DNA of 64,000 nt from Acutalibacteraceae bacterium (GTDB lineage: Bacteria > Bacillota > Clostridia > Oscillospirales > Acutalibacteraceae): contig JAZNCO010000099.1 of assembly GCA_045587645.1 (NCBI GenBank), positions 63,398 to 127,397 of the forward strand, written 5' to 3'. This document shows, piece after piece, positions 18,271 through 27,635 of this stretch (position 1 is the stretch's first letter; each line of letters begins with the position of its first letter). A program made the translations under genes and the position numbers. The notes beneath the pieces are model-generated. The model did not search any database, was not told the origin of the DNA, and saw nothing but the letters and a program-made list of their open reading frames with translations.

Positions 18271-20511
18271 TTAAACAAGTGAAATTTGTTCACCAGTGTC
18301 ATCAGGCGAGATAGTTGCACCTGCCGATGGCAAGGTTTTGGTTCGATAACGTGATGGCTTCACAAACTGTCCATCCTTATATGCAACAGCTGAGAGCAGA
18401 CGATGTCCTTTTTTAAGCTTCATGACCGCAACACCTTGCGTGTCTTTTGTGGTTTTTGATGCAATAACAGCAGAGTTCATAAGAAGAATTCTGCCGTTGG
18501 ATGAGGTCAGAACAAACTCAGCATCCTGCGAAATATGAGCAAAGGCTGCAATTTCAGATTTATCGGAATATGCCTTGAGGAGCTTTTTACGATTGGTCTT
18601 GGTTTCATAGGAAGCCATTTCGACCTTTGCAACCTTACCGTTTTCAAAGAAAAACAGCATCTGACCGCTGTAATCTTTTGTCACAGCCATAAAGATCGCA
18701 TTTTCGCCTTCATCCATTTTCAATTTTGATGCAACAAAATCACCGAGCACGGAAGCCTTGCATTCCTCAAAATCATTGCATTTTGCCTTGTATACCTGCT
18801 GGCGGTTCGTAAAGAACAACAAATCCACATTGTTGTTTGATTCAAAGCTTGCAATAATTTCGTCGCCCTCCTTGAGCTTGTGGTTATTGCCCATACGCCA
18901 GGATTGCGGTGTGATCTTTTTGAAGTAACCCTCTCTTGTAAAGAACAGCAAAACGTGATAATCGGGAATTTCTTCCTCAACATCTGCAACATCCTCATCT
19001 GCTTCATAAATGATTTCCGTTCTGCGCTCCTGACCGAATTTCTTGATTACATCGGTCAGTTCATCAACAATGATCTTCTTAATTCTTGCCTTGTGCGCCA
19101 GAATGTCTTCCATGTCAGCGATGTCTTTTTCAAGCTGTTCAACATCCTGCAGACGCTTGAGAATATATTCACGGTTCAGATGACGCAGTTTGATCTCGGC
19201 AACATATTCAGCCTGAATCTGATCAATACCGAAGCCGATCATCAGGTTCGGCACAACCTGACTTTCTTCTTCCGTTTCACGAACAATACGGATCGCTTTG
19301 TCTATATCAAGCAGAATCTTCTGCAATGCCTTCAACAAATGCAGACGGTCACGCGCTTTATTCAGATCAAAATAAACGCGTCTTTGCACGCATTCCGTAC
19401 GATAAGCAATCCATTCAAGTAGCAGATCCTTTACACCGAGCACCATCGGAGTGCCTGCTATCAGCACATTGAAGTTGCAGGTAAAGGTGTCTTCAAGCGG
19501 TGTCTTTTTGAACAGATTCTGCATGAGCTTTTCAGGATCGGCACCGCGTTTGAGATCGATCGTGATTTTCAGACCCGCCTTATCGGTTTCATCACGCACA
19601 TCGCTGATTTCACGAACCTTTCCCGTTTTGACAAGGTCTATGATTTTATCAATAATTGCTTCGCAGGTTGTGGTTGCAGGGATTTCTTTAATGTCAATAC
19701 AATTGTTGGACTTATCATATTCATATTTGGCACGCAATCTTATGGGGCCTCTGCCGCTTGCATAAACTTCAGCCATTTTCTGACGATCATAAATGACCTG
19801 TCCGCCACCTCTGAAATCGGGTGCAAGCATCGTATCCAAAACATCATGCTCAGGATTTTTAATCAGCGCAATGGTGGTTTCGCAAACCTCGCGCAGATTG
19901 AACGAGCAGATATTGCTTGCCATACCGACAGCAATACCCATGTTACTGTTTACAAGTATAGACGGAAATGTAACGGGAAACAGTGTTGGTTCCGTGGTTG
20001 TATTGTCATAGTTCGGAACAAAATCAACCGTATCCTTGTCAATATCGCGGAACAATTCAGCGCAGAAGCTTTCCAATTTTGCTTCCGTGTAACGGGATGC
20101 TGCGTACTGCATATTTTTTGAATATGCCTTACCGAAGTTACCCTTTGAATCAACATACGGATGAAGCAGTGCTTCATTGCCTCTCGTCAGACGGACCATG
20201 GTTTCATAAATAGCCGCATCACCGTGGGGATTGAGCTTCATTGTGCTGCCGACAATATTTGCGGACTTTGTTCTTGCACCGTTGAGAAGTCCCATTTTAT
20301 ACATTGTATAGAGGAGCTTTCTGTGAGAAGGCTTGAAGCCGTCGATTTCGGGGATTGCACGGGACATGATAACGCTCATGCAATACGGCATATAGTTGAT
20401 TTCAAGCGTATCGGTGATAAGCTGACTTTCAACAATCCCGGCACCTTGTATATGCGCACGATTGTCAACAGGCTGTTTTTCTTCTTCTTGCTTTTTCGGT
20501 TTTCTTGCCAT
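18271..20511 (-). CDS. parC: Type IIA DNA topoisomerase subunit A (topo IV ParC-like)
   Basis: MPYCMSVIMSRAIPEIDGFKPSHRKLLY and the active-site region AASRYTEAKL are present. No GyrA-box (QRRGGKG) was seen. The ATG at 20511 is preceded by GAGGAGG; the track start at 20529 is a TTG. Confidence 0.8.
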   Translation of the reverse strand: MARKPKKQEEEKQPVDNRAHIQGAGIVESQLITDTLEINYMPYCMSVIMSRAIPEIDGFKPSHRKLLYTMYKMGLLNGARTKSANIVGSTMKLNPHGDAAIYETMVRLTRGNEALLHPYVDSKGNFGKAYSKNMQYAASRYTEAKLESFCAELFRDIDKDTVDFVPNYDNTTTEPTLFPVTFPSILVNSNMGIAVGMASNICSFNLREVCETTIALIKNPEHDVLDTMLAPDFRGGGQVIYDRQKMAEVYASGRGPIRLRAKYEYDKSNNCIDIKEIPATTTCEAIIDKIIDLVKTGKVREISDVRDETDKAGLKITIDLKRGADPEKLMQNLFKKTPLEDTFTCNFNVLIAGTPMVLGVKDLLLEWIAYRTECVQRRVYFDLNKARDRLHLLKALQKILLDIDKAIRIVRETEEESQVVPNLMIGFGIDQIQAEYVAEIKLRHLNREYILKRLQDVEQLEKDIADMEDILAHKARIKKIIVDELTDVIKKFGQERRTEIIYEADEDVADVEEEIPDYHVLLFFTREGYFKKITPQSWRMGNNHKLKEGDEIIASFESNNNVDLLFFTNRQQVYKAKCNDFEECKASVLGDFVASKLKMDEGENAIFMAVTKDYSGQMLFFFENGKVAKVEMASYETKTNRKKLLKAYSDKSEIAAFAHISQDAEFVLTSSNGRILLMNSAVIASKTTKDTQGVAVMKLKKGHRLLSAVAYKDGQFVKPSRYRTKTLPSAGATISPDDTGEQISLV

Positions 20512-20525
20512 AGAATCCCCTCCTC

Positions 20526-22511
20526 TCAATAAATATCGGCCAATTCAATATACAGATGGCCATAATCAGCAATATGCTGTTTTCTTGCTGCAAGGTTATC
20601 TCCGAGCAGCATTTCAAATGTATCGTCAATCTGTGTCGGGTCTGAATTCGGTTCAACCTTAATGAGCCTTCTGGTCTGCGGATTCATGGTGGTCAGCCAC
20701 ATCATGTCGGCATCGTTTTCACCAAGACCCTTTGAGCGTTGGATAGTGTATTTTTTATCACCTATCTGCTCTAGCGCATCCTGCTTCTCTTTTTCAGTAT
20801 AGCAGAACCATGTTTCATCCTTGCAGGTGATTTCATAAAGCGGAGATTCAGCAATAAAAACCTTGCCTTCTGAAATCAATGACGGCATCAATGCATAGAA
20901 CATGGAAAGAATCAGCGTTCTGATCTGAAAGCCGTCCACATCCGCGTCGGTACAGATGATAACCTTGCTCCAGCGCAGGTTGTCAATATTGAATTCAGCA
21001 ACACCTTTAGCAGATTTATCCTTGATTTCAACACCGCATCCGAGAACCTTAATAAGGTCTGTAATGATTTCGCTCTTGAAAATCTTACTGTATTCGGCTT
21101 TAAGACAGTTCAGGATTTTACCGCGCACGGGAATAACAGCCTGAAAAGCGGAATCTCTTGCCTGCTTACAGGCACCCAATGCCGAATCGCCCTCCACGAT
21201 GAATATTTCGCGTTCGTTTACATCCTTACTGCGGCAATCGACAAACTTTTCAACCCTGTTTGCCATATCATTGGATGCAGTCAGAGTCTTTTTGAGATTC
21301 ATTCTTGTGGCTTCAGAACGAACACGCGAACGCATATTGATCAGAATCCGATCGCAGATTTTCTGCGCTTCCATTGGATTCTCAATGAAATAGATTTCCA
21401 GTTGATGACGGAAAAATTCGGTCATTGCTTCCTGGATAAACTTGTTTGTTATCGCCTTTTTTGTCTGATTTTCATACGAAGTCTGTGTAGAAAAAGATGA
21501 AATAACAAGAACAAGACAATCCTCAATGTCCTGGAATGTGATCTTGGAATCGGTTTTTGCATACTTTCCATTCTGTTTCAGATAGGCATCAATCTGAGAA
21601 ACAAAAGCACTGCGAACGGCCTTTTCGGGCGCACCGCCGTATTCAAGATAGCTTGAATTATGATAATATTCTTTTAATTGTATTTTTTCGGAGAACGAAA
21701 GTGCAGCATTGATTTTCAGTTTATAGTCGGGCTTGTCCGCGCGGTCGCGACCGACTCGTTCAGCAAACCAGATCTGAGCAGGTACAATACCTTTATCACC
21801 GAGAAATTCATTGATATAATCCTCAATGCCGTGCTCATACAAATATTCAAATGTTTCAAATTTACTTTCCGTCAGCTGGTTTTTGAGTACAAACTTAATA
21901 CCGGGATTAACAACTGACTGTCTTTTCAGCACATCCTGATAATAATCAAGCGGAATAGCAATATCGGTAAATACCTCAAGATCCGGTTTCCATCTGATGC
22001 GTGTACCCGTATCTCTCTTTTCATAAGACTCCTTGTGAAGTCCGCCGATATTCTCACCATGTTCAAAATGCAATTTATACAAAAATCCGCCGGAATGAAT
22101 TTCTGCATCCATAAATTCAGAAGCATACTGTGTTGAACAAAGTCCCAAGCCGTTAAGTCCTATGGAAAACTCATAATTACCACCGGAATTGGTATCATAC
22201 TTACCGCCTGCATACATTTCACAGAACAGCAGTTCCCAATTGTATCTTTGTTCATTATTATTGAAATCAACAGGCATACCGCGGCCAAAATCCTGGACTT
22301 CAATACTGCGGTCAAGATACCGTGTGATAACAATTTTATCGCCGTAACCCTCTCTTGCTTCGTCTACAGAGTTAGAAATGATTTCAAAAACAGAATGCTT
22401 ACAGCCTTCAAGACCGTCATCACCAAAGATAACAGCAGGACGTTTTCTGACTCGGTCAGCACCCTTTAACGAAACAATACTGTCATTTCCGTATTCGCTC
22501 TTCTTTGCCAT
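20526..22511 (-). CDS. parE: Type IIA DNA topoisomerase subunit B (topo IV ParE-like)
   Basis: LKGADRVRKRPAVIFG forms the GHKL ATPase N-terminus, and the Toprim region has EGDSALG and ICTDADVDGFQI. It lies immediately upstream of the A subunit. Confidence 0.8.
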   Translation of the reverse strand: MAKKSEYGNDSIVSLKGADRVRKRPAVIFGDDGLEGCKHSVFEIISNSVDEAREGYGDKIVITRYLDRSIEVQDFGRGMPVDFNNNEQRYNWELLFCEMYAGGKYDTNSGGNYEFSIGLNGLGLCSTQYASEFMDAEIHSGGFLYKLHFEHGENIGGLHKESYEKRDTGTRIRWKPDLEVFTDIAIPLDYYQDVLKRQSVVNPGIKFVLKNQLTESKFETFEYLYEHGIEDYINEFLGDKGIVPAQIWFAERVGRDRADKPDYKLKINAALSFSEKIQLKEYYHNSSYLEYGGAPEKAVRSAFVSQIDAYLKQNGKYAKTDSKITFQDIEDCLVLVISSFSTQTSYENQTKKAITNKFIQEAMTEFFRHQLEIYFIENPMEAQKICDRILINMRSRVRSEATRMNLKKTLTASNDMANRVEKFVDCRSKDVNEREIFIVEGDSALGACKQARDSAFQAVIPVRGKILNCLKAEYSKIFKSEIITDLIKVLGCGVEIKDKSAKGVAEFNIDNLRWSKVIICTDADVDGFQIRTLILSMFYALMPSLISEGKVFIAESPLYEITCKDETWFCYTEKEKQDALEQIGDKKYTIQRSKGLGENDADMMWLTTMNPQTRRLIKVEPNSDPTQIDDTFEMLLGDNLAARKQHIADYGHLYIELADIY

Positions 22512-22736
22512 GGAATCCTCCATTATAATATTTCATTATATAATATTACACTACATCATGTTCTTTCGTCAAGTATTATTTTCCATATATCATTAATACC
22601 ATCGGCATGTTTAAAAAAATTTTTCAAAAAAAATGAAAAATATCAAAAAAAGACTTGATTTCTTGAAAAGTTTATGCTAATATAATCGGGCACCAAGTGA
22701 GAGTGCTCAAACGTAAAGTGAAAGGTCGGTATAATA

Positions 22737-23006
22737 ATGCCTATTTACGAATATATCTTTGGTTTCATTATGATTGCTTTGGCAATCGGACTTATTGTTT
22801 TGATTCTCTTCCAGCAGAGCCGTAACTCCGGTCTTTCCGGTGCTATTGCAGGTGGTTCCGATAACTTCTTCGGAAAGAACAAAAGCAACAGCAAAGACGA
22901 AAAACTTGCAAGACTTACCAAGATTCTTGCTGTCGTTTTCTTTGTTATCACATTGTTTGCAACTTTCTTCTTCGCTTTTATGAAGGGTAAGTACGGCATA
23001 GCCTGA
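22737..23006 (+). CDS. secG: Preprotein translocase subunit SecG
   Basis: 89 aa with two TM helices and the SGLSGAIAGGSDNFFG motif. Confidence 0.85.
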   Translation: MPIYEYIFGFIMIALAIGLIVLILFQQSRNSGLSGAIAGGSDNFFGKNKSNSKDEKLARLTKILAVVFFVITLFATFFFAFMKGKYGIA

Positions 23007-23080
23007 TCCAGTAGCTCAGCAGGCAGAGCACCTGCCTTTTAAGCAGGGTGTCCGGAGTTCGAATCTCCGCTGGATCACCA
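23005..23080 (+). tRNA. tRNA-Lys (anticodon UUU) with encoded CCA
   Basis: Hand-folded cloverleaf: acceptor GATCCAG/CTGGATC, D arm GCTC..GAGC, anticodon stem CCTGC/GCAGG with loop CTTTTAA, T arm CGGAG-TTCGAAT-CTCCG, discriminator A and CCA. Confidence 0.9.
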
Positions 23081-23086
23081 AAAAAA

Positions 23087-23120
23087 ATCCGAAAAGCTTA
23101 TGCTTTTCGGATTTTTTCTT
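23087..23120 (+). terminator. Rho-independent terminator after tRNA-Lys
   Basis: Stem ATCCGAAAAGC, loop TTAT, stem GCTTTTCGGAT, followed by TTTTTTC. Confidence 0.8.
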
Positions 23121-23148
23121 TATCTTTTCTTAATTTTTGGAGCTGCAT

Positions 23149-23856
23149 ATGACTGAAAATCAATCCTTTGCCATACAACCGATTGCTCATATAAAAACAG
23201 ACTTCCCTGCCAAATTCGGTATTCCGCGCCAAAGTATGCTTGTGAATTCCCTGTACGGTGAAATTATTTTTGAAGCACAATACAGAAATCCCGACGCATT
23301 ACGAGGGCTGGAGGATTTTTCACATCTGTGGCTTATCTGGCAATTTTCGCAAGCTGTAACAGATGAATGGTCACCGACTGTCAGGCCACCGCGACTTGGC
23401 GGTAATAAACGAATGGGTGTTTTTGCTACCCGCGCTCCGTTTCGACCTAATTCACTTGCATTATCGGTTGTAAAAATTGAGAAAATCGACCTACACACAT
23501 CGCAAGGTCCCGTCATAACGGTCAGCGGCATTGATATGCTTGATAATACACCTATTTTTGATATAAAGCCATATCTGCCTCATATAGACAGCATTCCTGA
23601 TGCATCAGGTGGCTTTGCGTTACCGTCTGCATATCAGAAATTAGAGGTTATATTCACTGATGCTGCCATGGCTGTTCTTCCGTCTGACATGTTAAGTACA
23701 CTTCATGCTGTTCTCGAACAGGATCCTCGTCCGCATTATCAGGATGATGCAAACAGAATATACGGCTTTTCTTTTAATAAATTTGAAATACAATTTCAGG
23801 TGAAAGAAAACAAACTGATCGTCATTTCAGCTTCAAAAAAAACTAATTTACGGTAA
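23149..23856 (+). CDS. trmO: tRNA m6t6A37 methyltransferase TrmO/TsaA family (YaeB-like)
   Basis: IAHIKTDFPAKFGIPRQ, FSHLWLIWQF and RPNSLALSVVKI motifs. The ATG at 23149 follows GGAG. Confidence 0.8.
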   Translation: MTENQSFAIQPIAHIKTDFPAKFGIPRQSMLVNSLYGEIIFEAQYRNPDALRGLEDFSHLWLIWQFSQAVTDEWSPTVRPPRLGGNKRMGVFATRAPFRPNSLALSVVKIEKIDLHTSQGPVITVSGIDMLDNTPIFDIKPYLPHIDSIPDASGGFALPSAYQKLEVIFTDAAMAVLPSDMLSTLHAVLEQDPRPHYQDDANRIYGFSFNKFEIQFQVKENKLIVISASKKTNLR

Positions 23857-24199
23857 AGTTTTTACTGACCGGCGCAAACAAAATTGCAAAAAAGCAACCC
23901 AATCCGAGAATTGATTTCACATTCTCAATCAAAGCTTCAAAATAATACATACTTATATAATATTCTTCTGTTCTGCCTGCTGATAATGCAAAATACATTG
24001 CAAGCATCAGCAATATAAATACAATCGCTGTGGTCCCTTTTAATATTGTTTTGGATATCGGATTCAATTCAGATATAAATTCACAGAATTCATTCAGTGT
24101 TTTCATTTTGATCACCATGTATACATTAGCAAATACACTGTTGTTTTTCAATGCAGAATATTTGGAAATAAAAACGCAACAAATTGACATTTTTTTCAT
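23843..24199 (-). CDS. Hypothetical small membrane protein (weak call)
   Basis: The ORF has two hydrophobic segments, no recognisable family and no clear RBS. The true start may be internal, at about 24106. Confidence 0.3.
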   Translation of the reverse strand: MKKMSICCVFISKYSALKNNSVFANVYMVIKMKTLNEFCEFISELNPISKTILKGTTAIVFILLMLAMYFALSAGRTEEYYISMYYFEALIENVKSILGLGCFFAILFAPVSKNFTVN

Positions 24200-24206
24200 T
24201 TTCTGA

Positions 24207-24235
24207 TTGCAAGTAACAATATCTTGTGCTATAAT
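24207..24235 (+). promoter_or_regulatory. Sigma-A promoter of nrdR
   Basis: TTGCAA, a 17-nt spacer, then TGcTATAAT (extended -10). Confidence 0.55.
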
Positions 24236-24263
24236 GAATCTAATAATTTAAGGTGGTAACATT

Positions 24264-24719
24264 ATGAGATGTCCGTTTTGTGCTTATAGCGAAAGCAAAG
24301 TCATTGACTCCAGACCTGCAGATGACGGTCAGAAAATCCGTCGTCGCAGAGAGTGTATGCAATGTGCGAAAAGATTTACAACCTACGAAGCAATTGAAAG
24401 TATGCCTGTTATTGTTGTCAAACGCGATAAGTCCAGACAAGTATTTGACCGCAATAAATTGCTAAGCGGAATGCTCAGAGCCTGTGTAAAACGACCTGTC
24501 ACTCTTGAACAGATTGAATCTGCGATTGATGAAATTGAAACAGGCCTTCAGAATTCATTGGAAAGAGAAATCAGTTCTACGCATTTGGGTGAGCTTACAT
24601 TACAAAAGCTCAAGGATATTGATGAAATTGCTTATGTTCGATTTGCTTCGGTTTATCGTGATTTCAAGGATATTGATTCATTTTTGAGTGAATTGAATAA
24701 TCTTCGGAGAAATAAATAA
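24264..24719 (+). CDS. nrdR: Transcriptional repressor NrdR
   Basis: MRCPFCAYSESKVIDSRP...RRRRECMQCAKRFTTYE zinc ribbon plus an ATP-cone domain. Confidence 0.92.
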   Translation: MRCPFCAYSESKVIDSRPADDGQKIRRRRECMQCAKRFTTYEAIESMPVIVVKRDKSRQVFDRNKLLSGMLRACVKRPVTLEQIESAIDEIETGLQNSLEREISSTHLGELTLQKLKDIDEIAYVRFASVYRDFKDIDSFLSELNNLRRNK

Positions 24720-24772
24720 TAAAGGAGCCGATTTTGAAATCGGCTCTCATTTATAATTAAAGGAGTGTTTTT

Positions 24773-25579
24773 ATGACAATCGGCTTTATCGGTTGCGGCA
24801 ATATGGCTCAGCCAATCATCAGAAGTGTTATAGAAAAAGGATTATTTGACAAAGACAATATTCATGTGTATGATACTGATACTGAAAAACTGAACATCTT
24901 CTGTAATGCAACGGGCTGCAAAGCTATGAAGAGCGCAGAAGATACCATTCGTTGTGTTAAAACCGTTTTTCTGTGCATCAAACCGCAGGGCTTTGCCGAT
25001 CTGCTGCAAAAAACGAAAGAGGTACTCACTGAATGCAAGCCGTTTGTTGTTTCAATAGCAGCAGGCAAAGAAATTGCTTTTATTGAAAATCACACATCAG
25101 CGGATCTTCGCATTGGCCGCGTATTTCCGAATCTGAATGCAAGTGTTTGTCAATCTGCATCTGCATACTGCATCAACGCTGCCTGCACACAGGCCGACAA
25201 AGAGCTGCTGGGGGATATCGTTTCATGCTTCGGAACAGCACTGTATTATCCTGAATCCATGTTTCCGCAATTCGGTGTTCTTGGTGGTTGCTCACCGGCT
25301 TACACATTTATGTACATTGATTCACTTGCAAAAGCTGCCGAAAAAAACGGTGTTTCAAGAGACGTTGCCATAAATACAGCAATTCAGGCTGTATTGGGAA
25401 GTGCGCTGTATATGCAACAATCAGGTATTGAAGCTGATGTTCTGATAGATCGCGTATGCTCCAAGGGCGGCACGACCATAGAGGGAGTTACTTCTTTACG
25501 TGCAGATGGTATGACTGCCATTATCTGCAACGCATACGAAGCATCTCTTAAAAGAGACCGTGAATTAAGTCAAAATTAA
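24773..25579 (+). CDS. proC: Pyrroline-5-carboxylate reductase
   Basis: IGFIGCGNMAQPI Rossmann N-terminus and the C-terminal SKGGTTIEG motif. Confidence 0.85.
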   Translation: MTIGFIGCGNMAQPIIRSVIEKGLFDKDNIHVYDTDTEKLNIFCNATGCKAMKSAEDTIRCVKTVFLCIKPQGFADLLQKTKEVLTECKPFVVSIAAGKEIAFIENHTSADLRIGRVFPNLNASVCQSASAYCINAACTQADKELLGDIVSCFGTALYYPESMFPQFGVLGGCSPAYTFMYIDSLAKAAEKNGVSRDVAINTAIQAVLGSALYMQQSGIEADVLIDRVCSKGGTTIEGVTSLRADGMTAIICNAYEASLKRDRELSQN

Positions 25580-25700
25580 ATAAAAAATATAAAAAATTTA
25601 AAAAAACTCTTGTACTTTTTTAAAATATATAATATAATATTTAACCGTGTGGAAATTTATTATTTCCAATGAAGTTTATATTGTTGAAAGGTGTATCACA

Positions 25701-27560
25701 ATGGAAAACAAGAAACCCGAAAATGATTACCGTGCAGAAAGAAAGGCAAGACTTGCCAAAAATGCTGCAAAAGGTAAAAAGAAAACACTTGATACTTACA
25801 AGCTCGTAAAGGGTATCCTTTGCGTTGTCTGTGCCGTGATTGTTGCGGCGGCTGCCGTTGGTATCTGCTTCGCTTACGGTGTACCGCAGAGATTGCTCCC
25901 TGCTGTTACTGTAGGTGACAGAACTTATTCCGTTGCGGAATATGAATATTACTACTCAACTGTTTACGGCACCTATGCGCAGCAGTCTTATGAAACAGCG
26001 CAACAGTACGGCAGCCCTGCTCTTCTCGCTGCACTCGGTCAGTATGATTATTCCGTGCATCCCGAAAAGCAGAGCAAGACCGAAGGTGAAGAAACCATCA
26101 CATGGGCAGCATACTTTGATAAATATATCATTGATATGTTCCAGACTTATGAATACTATTTTGCACAGTGCGAAGAACTCGGCATTGAACTGGACGAAGA
26201 TGACATGGCTGAAATTGATGAAGCGGTTGCCTCCATTAAGACTTATGCAGATATGTACAGCGTTTCTTTGAATCGTTACCTGGGCTCCTACTACGGCAAC
26301 GGTATGACCGAAAAGCTTTACAGAGAAACATTGAAGGATCAGAAGCTTGCCGAAAAATATCTTGAATTTGTCGAAGAAGAAAATGAAGCAGCAGTAACAG
26401 ATGAAGCAATTGAAGAAGCTTACAATGCTGATCCGACAGCATATCAGGTTGCTGACCTTCGTGTATTCGGCTTTGCTGCAGACGGCTCCTCTGTCACCGG
26501 TGCCGAAAAAGATGCAACGAACACCGATACCGCTGTTTCTGATGGTGATGTTGCTGTATCTGACGGTGATGTCAATGAAGCTAATGACATTCTTAAGAAA
26601 GCAGAAGAATTCTGCAATCGAATCACTGATGAACAGTCGTTCATCGACCTTTCAGTTGAATATGCAGCAGAAGCAGATAAGGAAACATTTAAAAATGAAT
26701 CTGCAACAATTGTTACCGCAATCAGCAAATCAATCGTCACATCCAATATTTCCGAAGAATTGGCAGAATGGCTGTTTGCTGAAGACAGAGCTGAAGGTGA
26801 TAAGACCTTTATTGAAGCCGATGACGGTGATTACATTTATGTGGTTTATGTAACCAAGCCTGCTTATCGTGAAGACCGTCCCAAGGTTGATGTCCGTCAT
26901 ATCCTTGTTTCTTACGAAACCGGTGTCAATCACATGACCGAGCACGAAGAAGACGGCAGCGAACATACTGCAGAAGAATCCGAATTATTCGCTGCTGAAG
27001 TTGCAAATGCTGTTGAAGAATTCAACCTTATCGTTGATTATGATCTGGCACTTACACAGAATGAAAATTACACAGAGGATGTTGTAAACGCAACTTATTC
27101 CGCAACTTATGACATCTATGAAGCTTATCTTGAAAATGTAAGCGAAGAAAACTTTGCAGAGCTGGCTGATAATTACAGCGCAGATACCTCCTCCACTGCA
27201 GCTACGGAAGATGGCAACACAGGTGGTTTGTACGAAGATGTTGCAAAGGGATCCATGGTTGCTAATTTCGACAACTGGATTTATGATGAAAGCAGAAAAG
27301 CCGGTGATGTCGGCATCGTTCAGACTGAATACGGCTTCCATATCATCTACTTCATTGCTCAGAATGAAAGAGCCGATTGGCAAGACGCTGTGGTTAGCGC
27401 ACTGACCAGCGAAACCAGCGAAACCTTTAACACAATGCTTGAAGAAATTGCTGCAGATGACAGCAATGTGAAGGCTTCATCTTTTAAAAATTATGCATAT
27501 AAAAAGTCCATCGAACTTATCGAAAACATTTACGGTGGCAACTATTTTGAGGTTGAATAA
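25701..27560 (+). CDS. Membrane-anchored parvulin-type peptidyl-prolyl isomerase (PrsA/SurA-like)
   Basis: N-terminal TM anchor. PpiC motifs RHILVSY ... FAELADNYSAD ... GGLYEDV ... EYGFHIIYF. The ATG at 25701 follows GAAAGG. Confidence 0.75.
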   Translation: MENKKPENDYRAERKARLAKNAAKGKKKTLDTYKLVKGILCVVCAVIVAAAAVGICFAYGVPQRLLPAVTVGDRTYSVAEYEYYYSTVYGTYAQQSYETAQQYGSPALLAALGQYDYSVHPEKQSKTEGEETITWAAYFDKYIIDMFQTYEYYFAQCEELGIELDEDDMAEIDEAVASIKTYADMYSVSLNRYLGSYYGNGMTEKLYRETLKDQKLAEKYLEFVEEENEAAVTDEAIEEAYNADPTAYQVADLRVFGFAADGSSVTGAEKDATNTDTAVSDGDVAVSDGDVNEANDILKKAEEFCNRITDEQSFIDLSVEYAAEADKETFKNESATIVTAISKSIVTSNISEELAEWLFAEDRAEGDKTFIEADDGDYIYVVYVTKPAYREDRPKVDVRHILVSYETGVNHMTEHEEDGSEHTAEESELFAAEVANAVEEFNLIVDYDLALTQNENYTEDVVNATYSATYDIYEAYLENVSEENFAELADNYSADTSSTAATEDGNTGGLYEDVAKGSMVANFDNWIYDESRKAGDVGIVQTEYGFHIIYFIAQNERADWQDAVVSALTSETSETFNTMLEEIAADDSNVKASSFKNYAYKKSIELIENIYGGNYFEVE

Positions 27561-27568
27561 AGAAAATC

Positions 27569-27600
27569 GGCGCTGTCAGCAATGACAGCGCCTTATTCTA
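27569..27600. terminator. Bidirectional terminator hairpin between convergent genes
   Basis: Stem GGCGCTGTCA, loop GCAA, stem TGACAGCGCC, then TTATTCT. Confidence 0.6.
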
Positions 27601-27635
27601 TTACAATGCCCCCGATATCACTCGGGGGCATTCTA

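Noticed and set aside
18271-22511. Calling this topoisomerase pair DNA gyrase (gyrB/gyrA)
   Set aside because: No GyrA-box was seen in the A-subunit C-terminal domain. The pair is also not next to dnaA/dnaN/recF. A topo IV-like assignment is preferred but not certain without phylogeny.
26532-26573. Short tandem repeat as a possible CRISPR or VNTR
   Set aside because: It is only two 21-nt copies, in frame inside the PrsA-like CDS (AVSDGDV x2). No spacer-repeat architecture exists anywhere in the window.
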